From positions 58,838,001 to 58,902,000 of the forward strand of contig NC_043006.1 in assembly GCF_006345805.1 (NCBI RefSeq): a stretch of 64,000 nucleotides of DNA, read 5' to 3'. The translations under genes were made by a program, and so were the position numbers. Positions 55,799 through 64,000 of this stretch are shown here, in pieces. The DNA comes from Octopus sinensis. Lineage: Eukaryota. The notes below the pieces were generated by a model. The model did no database searches. It was not told the origin of the DNA and was given only the letters and a program-made list of their open reading frames with translations. The stretch's first letter is position 1. Every line of letters begins with the position of its first letter.

Positions 55799-56005
55799 CT
55801 TATATGTGAAAAAAAGAGCTCCAGAGTTGTTTTGATTTGCTTGGTTTCGCGCCTAAAATTTTGATTGGTCATTATGAAGGGGTCACGTGAATGTTTGAAT
55901 GGAAGTTGGTGTTGGGGTAAGAAAAAAGGCTCCAGAGAAGTTAAAATTTGGCTAGTGTCCCGCCTAAAATTTCTTATTGGCCATAATAAAGAGGTCACGT
56001 GAATG
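55799..56005 (-). promoter_or_regulatory. Putative pseudo-LTR promoter: two ~112-bp repeats each with E-box, CCAAT and E2F-like sites, then a TATA-like box (copy at ~60262-60470)
   Basis: CACGTG at 55884 and 55996; ATTGG at 55864 and 55976; TTTCGCGCC at 55845 and TCCCGCC at 55958; minus-strand TATAA near 55800. Confidence 0.5.
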
Positions 56006-56485
56006 TTTAGAATTTTCGAAAATAGTGTTGTTGAAAATTCTTATTGTTCAGGCTGGTCAGTAGACGTCATGTGGATATTTAAAATAGCTTTTTAGCGCGT
56101 AGTTAGGGAGTGTATTTTCCGCTTGACTGGATAAGTAAGTTCGTTTAGAACAGGGAGAGCTGTATGTATGTATGTGTGTGCGCGCGCGCGCGCGTGTGTG
56201 TTTATATGTATGTTGGGGCGCGCGCGTGTATATATGTGTATGTGTGTGGGTACAATTTTCAATATTTATAGTTCTGCTGGCCTTGTGCCTGTATCGGGAA
56301 GCAACGTATTTGTGTGAAGTCAATATTTACAGCCATTTCCAAAAAATAGTGTTGGATGTTTTGCACCCGTATTCAATTATGTGTATGTGTGGAACCATAT
56401 ATTTGTGTGTGTCATGGTGTTAATATCTGGGTAAAGGTGTGTGTAGGGTGTGTGCAGGTGTAAGTGTGTTTGTTGTGGGTTCGTG

Positions 56486-58336
56486 TTAGGGGCATGTGTT
56501 TAGAAGTGGTCTGTATTTATTAATAAGGTGGGATTCCATGGTTATTCGCTGGGTATGAGTGGCATTGTCTTTAAATTTGTAGAGGGGAAAGATTCTAAAA
56601 TTGGGATGGAGTTGTGCGGCACAGGTATCAATATGTGCACTAAATGCTATTTTTCTATATTCCTGTATTTTTATTTGGGATCTGTGGACAGTCATGCGTT
56701 GGCGGAGGCTATTTTTTGTTTGGCCTATGTAGTGTTCATTACAGCCCGAGCAAGTTAAGACATATACTAGGTTTTCTGATGCGCATGTGAAGTTGTGTTT
56801 TACTGTGAAACGTTGTCCTTGTTTAAAAAGGAATTCCGGACCTTCTATTAGGTTGATGCATATACCACAGTTGGGTCTATTGCATTTGTTTACTGTGGGT
56901 TTAGTTGTTGTGGTTGGCAGTACTTTGGCATTTGTTAGGATGGTTTTCAATGATTTGGGTTGCCTTTTGCTCTTTATGATTTCGTGTGTTAGGAGGATTT
57001 GGTTCATTCTATGGTCCTTTTGTAATACAGGAATGTTCTGGAGGATGGTGTCAAAAGCTTCATTGTTGAGGGGGTTGTGTGTAGAGATGTATGGTAGAGT
57101 ATGGGGTTTCGATGTAACAGGTTTAGGGCGTCTAAGTTCCTGCGTGCTGAGTTTTAGGGCGCGTTGGATCCCATTGTCAATTAGTGACGTGGGGTAATCC
57201 CTGCTTGTTAATGTGCCCTTGAGTTCTTGTAGACGTAAGAGACGGGTGTTTTTATTGGAGACTATAGTGCAAATTCTCTTGGCTAAGTTGTAGGGAATGT
57301 TAATTTTAACGTGTCTAGGGTGGCATGAATTGAAAGGGAGGTATTGCTTGGAGTCTGTGGGCTTGTAGTATATGTCTGTTTCTATTTTTTTGTTGTGAAT
57401 TTTAATGAGGATGTCGAGGAAGGGAATTTGTTGAGGGCTGTATTCCATTGTGAAAATAATGTTTGTGTTGAGCCCATTTATAAGAGTGTGAAATTCGTTA
57501 AGCTTCTCGACGGTTTCGGGCCAAAGGATGAAGCAGTCATCAAGATATCTCTTCCAGTTCTTCTCTATGTGTGTGTGGAGAGTGGTGCCAAATTGGTTAA
57601 GAACGTTATTATAGAGGGTGATTTCCAGGTATCCCATGACTAAGTTGGCGTAAGTGGGAGCTGTTTTCGTTCCCATTGCCGTCCCTGAATTCTGTCTGTA
57701 GAATTTGTTGTTGAAGGTGAAGAAATTATTCTCTAAGATGAATTTGAGTCCTTCTAAAATAAATTCCTTTTTGATGCGTTGTGGGAGTTCGTTGGAGTAA
57801 TTATCCAGCCAGAATTGGATAGCTTCTATTCCTAGGTTGTGGGGGATGTTGGAGTAAAGATTGACTACATCGAATGTTACTAGCAGGGTTTGTTCAGCAA
57901 GAAGTGTATTGGGGAGGTGGTTGAGCATATCTAGATCGTCCCTTATGTAGCTTTTAATGTGTTTGAGGAACGGCTTGAGAAGGGTATCAATGAAGTTGCT
58001 AAGGCGGTGGGTTTCGCAAGCGGGACCTGCTATTATAGGTCTCAATTTGAGGTCATTTGGTGAGGGGACATTGATTACAGAGTTTGTGGCTTCCTTGCAT
58101 GCCTTACTTATTAATTCGCTTTTATGAATTTTGGGAATACCGTAGAAGAGGCTGGTTTTACTAGTGAAATTTGTGATGAAGTTGAATTCTTTGTTAGTGA
58201 GTTCTTCTTTGTGGGGGTTGATCAGGGTTTTTAAGTTTCTCATAATTTTCTGTTGATTGTAGTGTTCAGCCTTTTCGTAATATGTTCCATTTTCCAAGGT
58301 GGAGAGTGCTAAGTTGATATAGTATTCTGTCTCCAT
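56486..58336 (-). CDS. PLE reverse transcriptase plus GIY-YIG endonuclease (616-aa open segment; the true N-terminus extends to ~58808 across a frameshift near 58390)
   Basis: FYGIPKIHK, LRPIIAG, TFDVVNLYSNI, GTAMGTKTAPTYANLVM, RYLDDCF, PFLDI; CNRPNCGIC linker; NLVYVLTCSGCNEHYIGQT; upstream ADKG and VINL...LLSKGLKFTPTP. Confidence 0.92.
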   Translation of the reverse strand: METEYYINLALSTLENGTYYEKAEHYNQQKIMRNLKTLINPHKEELTNKEFNFITNFTSKTSLFYGIPKIHKSELISKACKEATNSVINVPSPNDLKLRPIIAGPACETHRLSNFIDTLLKPFLKHIKSYIRDDLDMLNHLPNTLLAEQTLLVTFDVVNLYSNIPHNLGIEAIQFWLDNYSNELPQRIKKEFILEGLKFILENNFFTFNNKFYRQNSGTAMGTKTAPTYANLVMGYLEITLYNNVLNQFGTTLHTHIEKNWKRYLDDCFILWPETVEKLNEFHTLINGLNTNIIFTMEYSPQQIPFLDILIKIHNKKIETDIYYKPTDSKQYLPFNSCHPRHVKINIPYNLAKRICTIVSNKNTRLLRLQELKGTLTSRDYPTSLIDNGIQRALKLSTQELRRPKPVTSKPHTLPYISTHNPLNNEAFDTILQNIPVLQKDHRMNQILLTHEIIKSKRQPKSLKTILTNAKVLPTTTTKPTVNKCNRPNCGICINLIEGPEFLFKQGQRFTVKHNFTCASENLVYVLTCSGCNEHYIGQTKNSLRQRMTVHRSQIKIQEYRKIAFSAHIDTCAAQLHPNFRIFPLYKFKDNATHTQRITMESHLINKYRPLLNTCP

Positions 58337-59117
58337 TAAGACTACTGCACTTCCTTTATCGGCCTCTTTAATGGTGATAGATCTTTCATTTTTTTATTGT
58401 TTAATTCTTCCCACTCTTATTGTTGAGGTTTGGTTTGGGTTTTGGTTTGTGTAAGTGTTGGTAGGGGAAGTTTGTAATGTGCTCACAGAATTCGTCTAGG
58501 ATTTTATTTCTACCTTTTCGTGGGGTGTAGTTGCTTTTATTTCTAGCTAGTGACTCATCCTCATTGTGCTGGTCGAATAGTTCCTCACTAAGTCGCAATT
58601 TTCTACAAAATTCTGTAATGTCTTCCTTCATTTCGTAGTAGTTTGGACGTGGGGGGGTTGGTGTGAATTTCAGACCTTTGGAGAGTAAGTTGAGAAGGTT
58701 GGGGTTGGGTTCTGTATTGGTTAAATTGATGACTTTAATTAGTTTATGTTTCTCTTCCCTGTCCTGTGTTATTTTGTTTGCCTGTATCTGTGTGCTGTGT
58801 CTAAAAAATGGTTGGGGTAGAGGGGTTGTCTGTTGGTGTTAGGAGGTCCTGTGTGTTTGTTATATTCCTTGTTGTGAAATATGGTTCGGGTTCGTGGTTG
58901 TGGATAGAATGGGGTGTTCCTGTATTGCGGGTGTTGGTGTGTGTTTCTTTGTGTTGTGATGGATTGTGGTGATATGAGTGGCCTGCGTGGGTGCTTGTAT
59001 CGAGTGGTATGGGTTTGTTGTGTATTGTGAGAGTTGAGAAAGTGAAAATTACCTTGTTGTCCCCTCGTGGTGTGGATGTTGTTGTGTCTATCCTGGTAGT
59101 GGGATCCTCTTTATTTG

Positions 59118-60062
59118 TTAATAAGGTATTCGAGTAGTTGTTGAGTTGTTGTGTATAGCGCTCCTTGAAGAGGGAAATTCGTTAATGTAATTCTGGTGGT
59201 GAGAGTTTCCAGGGTTCTTGTTCCTCCTTATGGACGTGGGGTAAGAAGGTACATCTTCAATATGCTGTTTCCTTCTTTTGTTCAAGGTTGGAGGGTTGGC
59301 GGAGTAGTTGTGTGGTTGGGTTCCTGGTTTTCCCATTTTTATGAACGGGTTATTGGAAGAGTAATCCGTTTTGAAAGTCGATTCATAGTTTAGGAACCAG
59401 GCGGCACTTTTTTCCCAACGTTGTAGGGATTTTAGTTCCTCTTTGTTGCAGTCATCTTTCCATAACTTGGAGATCTTCTCTATGTGTAGGCTTTCGGCCT
59501 TGTTATTTATTACGAGGAGGATCTCTTCATCGATTGTTTTGACTCTTTCCTCATTTGTTTGGGTCCTTAATTTGAGAAGTTCAATCTCTGTTTTCAGTCT
59601 CTCTAATGCCATTCTTTCCCTAAGTCGTCTTTGAGGTTCAGGTTTATTGGGAATGGCTTTTAATTGTATTTTGCGGGGAAGAGTTAGAGGAGTAGAGTTC
59701 ATCCATTTTTCGTATATCTCGGCCTTGTTGTTGTTTCTAATCATTTTCCAGAAGGAGAACTTTCTGTCTCTGAGGGATTTGTTCCATTCTGGGATTATAT
59801 GATTTTTCAGTTTGTATGAATCAATTTGACATGGTTCTTCTTTGTTTTTGGCTGGGTTGGTGGTGGTGAAAAAGGTGTGGATCGTATCACACAGAGTTTG
59901 TAGCTTATCGCCGATTTCGGAGGGTTTGTGTCCGGTAATAGTTTCCTCATTAGTAGAGTCCAATTTGTTGACTAGTACAGAGAGGTTGGTGTTGATGTTT
60001 TTGAGTTCCTGTAGGATTTCTTCGTTTAAGTTGATTAGGGTGGTTTCAGTTTTTGTAGGCAT
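59118..60062 (-). CDS. Upstream PLE ORF1, helical/coiled-coil-like protein with low-complexity C-terminus, function unknown
   Basis: Open frame of 346 codons from 60158 (TTG); first ATG at 60062; heptad-like LERLKTEIELLKLR segment; lies inside the element unit. Confidence 0.7.
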   Translation of the reverse strand: MPTKTETTLINLNEEILQELKNINTNLSVLVNKLDSTNEETITGHKPSEIGDKLQTLCDTIHTFFTTTNPAKNKEEPCQIDSYKLKNHIIPEWNKSLRDRKFSFWKMIRNNNKAEIYEKWMNSTPLTLPRKIQLKAIPNKPEPQRRLRERMALERLKTEIELLKLRTQTNEERVKTIDEEILLVINNKAESLHIEKISKLWKDDCNKEELKSLQRWEKSAAWFLNYESTFKTDYSSNNPFIKMGKPGTQPHNYSANPPTLNKRRKQHIEDVPSYPTSIRRNKNPGNSHHQNYINEFPSSRSAIHNNSTTTRIPY

Positions 60063-61778
60063 TTTCTGTATCTCGTGCGGGGATATGATATTTAAAAAAA
60101 GGAGATGTCGAACACGAGTGGTGATATATAAAAAAGGAAATGAAGAAAATGCTGACAAATAATTGAAGTAATTTAAGTAATTTAATTAGGTGAAAGTTCT
60201 TTTTACCGGTTGCGCATTTGTTATGCTTATCAAAATATAAAAGAGAGATTAGAGTCTGTCTCTTATATGTGAAAAAAAGAGGCTCCAGAGTTGTTTTCGA
60301 TTTGCTTGGTTTCGCGCCTAAAATTTTGATTGGTGGTCATTATGAAGGGGTCACGTGAATGTTTGAATGGAAGTTGGTGTTGGGGTAAGAAAAAAGGCTC
60401 CAGAGAAGTTAAAATTTGGCTAGTGTCCCGCCTAAAATTTCTTATTGGCCATAATAAAGAGGTCACGTGAATGTTTAGAATTTTCGAAAATAGTGTTGTT
60501 GAAAATTCTTATTGTTCAGGCTGGTCAGTAGACGTCATGTGGATATTTTAAATAGCTTTTTAGCGCGTAGTTAGGGAGTGTATTTTCCGCTTGACTGGAT
60601 AAGTAAGTTCGTTTAGAACAGGGAGAGCTGTATGTATGTATGTGTGTGCGCGCGCGCGCGCGTGTGTGTTTATATGTATGTTGGGGCGCGCGCGCGTGTA
60701 TATATGTGTATGTGTGTGGGTACAATTTTCAATATTTATAGTTCTGCTGGCCTTGTGCCTGTATCGGGAAGCAACGTATTTGTGTGAAGTCAATATTTAC
60801 AGCCATTTCCAAAAAATAGTGTTGGATTTTTGCACCCGTATTCAATTATGTGTATGTGTGGAACCATATATTTGTGTGTGTCATGGTGTTAATATCTGGG
60901 TAAAGGTGTGTGTAGGGTGTTGTGCAGGTATAAGTGTGTTTGTTGTGGGTTCGTGTTAGGGGCATGTGTTTAGAAGTGGTCTGTATTTATTAATAAGGTG
61001 GGATTCCATGGTTATTCGCTGGGTATGAGTGGCATTGTCTTTAAATTTGTAGAGGGGAAAGATTCTAAAATTGGGATGGAGTTGTGCGGCACAGGTATCA
61101 ATATGTGCACTAAATGCTATTTTTCTATATTCCTGTATTTTTATTTGGGATCTGTGGACAGTCATGCGTTGGCGGAGGCTATTTTTTGTAGTGTTCATTA
61201 CAGCCCGAGCAAGTTAAGACATATACTAGGTTTTCTGATGCGCATGTGAAGTTGTGTTTTACTGTGAAACGTTGTCCTTGTTTAAAAAGGAATTCCGGAC
61301 CTTCTATTAGGTTGATGCATATACCACAGTTGGGTCTATTGCATTTGTTTACTGTGGGTTTAGTTGTTGTGGTTGGCAGTACTTTGGCATTTGTTAGGAT
61401 GGTTTTCAATGATTGGGTTGCCTTTTGCTCTTTATGATTTCGTGTGTTAGGAGGATTTGGTTCATTCTATGGTCCTTTTGTAATACAGGAATGTTCTGGA
61501 GGATGGTGTCAAAAGCTTCATTGTTGAGGGGGTTGTGTGTAGAGATGTATGGTAGAGTATGGGGTTTCGATGTAACAGGTTTAGGGCGTCTAAGTTCCTG
61601 CGTGCTGAGTTTTAGGGCGCGTTGGATCCCATTGTCAATTAGTGACGTGGGGTAATCCCTGCTTGTTAATGTGCCCTCGAGTTGTAAGGAGCGCCTAGGA
61701 GTGCTTATGTTAAGTAATCCCATCCGATGGGTAAATACTGGGTTTGCTTCGCTGGATTATGATTATTTGATATATATA

Positions 61779-62900
61779 CTAGCAGAAGCACTTGCCATTG
61801 ACTGGGTTGAAAAAACCCACCAAAATTGTACTATGAATATTGAAAGTCCTTCACTTAGATTGTATATATATAAGAAATGGTTATTAACTTTCATGTAGAC
61901 GATAGAGCTGTTTTCTATTGGCCAGTATTATCATGGGTACATATAAACTTCTGATCTATGATCTATAGTATTTCAGTCCATAAATGAAGCAAACATCGCT
62001 CAGACTTTGGCTTACAAGATAAGTAAATTTAAGCTCGGGGAAAACTAAAAGCTTATGTACTATAATTTATTGAACTTAAGTATTACAACAAACGAAAATA
62101 CAAATAGCTTTGCTTAGACGAATATAGTGTGACGTTGACATATCACTTCAAAGTTATCAATCATTCTGAGAACCTTAGTTTGTTGGTCCCATGGTAAAAA
62201 AAACTTCCTTATAGACAATGTTTCGGGTTTTAATAGTAGGGGCAAAAATGAAAAGATTGTTCTTGCTCCTCACTCTGGATGTCCCAATATATAGCTGACA
62301 GTGTGAGAAATCAGCAACTGTCAAAGTCGAACTTAGGATGTATTAATGGACATCGCAAAAGACAGACGTAGTGGAAATTAAAGTCATTTGAACACGAAGG
62401 GCATATTGGAAGGTATTAAAGGTAAGCGAGGAATAAAAACATCTTCACCTTTTTGTACAGCCAGAAATTATGATGGCCTGTATGACATTGCTCATTAATT
62501 TCTTGACAGGTCTTGTGCCATTGCAGAACTTTGGTTGAGAAAGTGTGCGCAGAAGCCTGATTGGAGCGCCTATTTTCAATGGAAAGCAACGAGGAGGAGT
62601 TCCTGGTGGCTGCAGTTTGTTTAATAATTCAACCGAGTAATTGACTATTTCCGATTCATCCACAACAGAGTCTATAGATTTGCAAGTATGCTCGTTTCCT
62701 GGTAAAAGTTTCTCGAGTCTTTCATTTAAATTATTCACAGTAACGCACAAACAAGCAGCATTTGTGTATTTTGAAATTATACTTGGAAAAACATTTTCAA
62801 TAACTTTCTCTACCGACTGACTAAGGTGCAGATTTTTGATGGATTCAAGTCCCCTTCATGATTGATACCTAACCTTCCTTCTCTAATTTGCAAAATAGTA
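61779..62900 (-). mobile_element. Helitron 3' fragment (decayed Pif1-like helicase, CTAG terminus)
   Basis: KSIDSVVD...[16 protein letters not shown]...[13 protein letters not shown]...CNGTR, then VFIPRLPLIP...FPLRLSFAMSIN...QLYIGTSRV; minus strand ends ...CTAG|T at 61779. Confidence 0.85.
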
Positions 62901-62972
62901 TGGGAAAATTCTTCTGACAGATGATCCCATTGCAAATTCCACACAGTCTTGGCTTTGTAGACTCATTTTATT

Positions 62973-63043
<71 letters not shown>

Positions 63044-63802
63044 CGTGTATTTATCTGCGTAGAGTTTGTTTCTTCATTTGATCAAATACTTAGACTTCCA
63101 GTTTTTGCGGAGAGGAAATGGCAAGTTAATTGTGCATGTTTTCTCAGCGGAGATTAGCGTAGTGAACGAAATGAACAAACTCTCAGCGAGGATTGAAACT
63201 ACATTTCGTTATTTATCGATCGAAAGCTTAACTATTGCTTTACAACGCTTCCTATAGTTTTATCTAAATTACTCTGAAAATTCAACATAAGAATTCTGAG
63301 ATTGATATTTCGGTCACATTTTACAGGAAATCTTCGGATTACCCAAAATAATCAGTTAGCTAATATGGAGAAGATGGAACACTGTTATAGCATAGAACAA
63401 TATACTAGCTCTAACAGAATAAAGAATAAATGCATCACACACACACACAAACTCATACACAGACACAGACACACACATACACGCATACACACTCATACAC
63501 GAACATAACCCGGCTTGTGACTAAAATCTGCATCGATCAAAGAAAAACACAACAGAAAACATCTTGGCAAATGGAAAGATAAAATTCTGCCTTTGAAGAT
63601 CGATGAATTAAAGTAGAGCCAATACTTTGATGAGTGAAGCAAAAGTGAATATGTACTTAGGATCTTTACATAAAAAGTTTGCTTCGATAAGGCTGCAAAT
63701 AATGTGGTCATTATGTGCTACTAGATATCATATAACGTTAGTTCCGAAGAGAGAAAATAATACAAAAGCCAAAAACAAACCATTATATCGCCTGAGATTA
63801 GC

Positions 63803-63908
<106 letters not shown>

Positions 63909-64000
63909 AAAACACTATATAGAGAAATGAAATAATGAAAGATAAGATGGTATACGTTCGGGAAAGGAAGTTAATGCAGACTTCTTTTCATCGCGGATGT

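Larger units (their letters stand above)
55625..61683 (-). mobile_element. Neptune-type Penelope-like retroelement: 4.46-kb unit plus upstream 1.6-kb 5'-truncated tandem copy (pseudo-LTR)
   Basis: 55625-57225 repeated at 60088-61683; RT + GIY-YIG ORF; 3' end abuts a (TA)n tract. Confidence 0.93.

Noticed and set aside
55625-61683. LTR retrotransposon, given the 1.6-kb direct repeats
   Set aside because: The repeats contain the ORF 3' end, there is no integrase, RNase H or PBS, and GIY-YIG plus PLE RT motifs identify a Penelope-type tandem pseudo-LTR

Overview
Eukaryotic, very AT-rich, repeat-saturated non-coding DNA with one 100-N assembly gap (37211-37310). The SINE families and microsatellite load look like an octopus/coleoid cephalopod genome; this is recognition from memory, not a search. 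I found no convincing host gene, and most ORFs in the track are translations of (TA)n/(CA)n/(TAA)n microsatellites. Coding sequence is all transposon-derived: a near-intact Neptune-type Penelope-like element (PLE; RT + GIY-YIG, about 55625-61683, minus strand) with a 1.6-kb tandem pseudo-LTR; several decayed Naiad-type PLEs; CR1-like, Tx1/L1-like and restriction-like-endonuclease (RLE) LINE fragments; two mariner relics; a Helitron 3' fragment; and two tRNA-derived SINE families. The main hidden signal is about 20 type-I hammerhead ribozyme (HHR)-like motifs, about 9 of them well formed. They sit in short non-coding islands between (TA)n tracts, often in inverted or circularly permuted arrangements, and one ~495-nt unit starts at its predicted self-cleavage site. 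Also notable: a U UUU UUA slippery site that could join two PLE ORFs by -1 frameshifting, an E2F/CCAAT/E-box cluster in the pseudo-LTR, a probable HDV-like ribozyme, and SINE tails matching two LINEs present in the window. All alignments and folds were done by eye, so boundaries are approximate.
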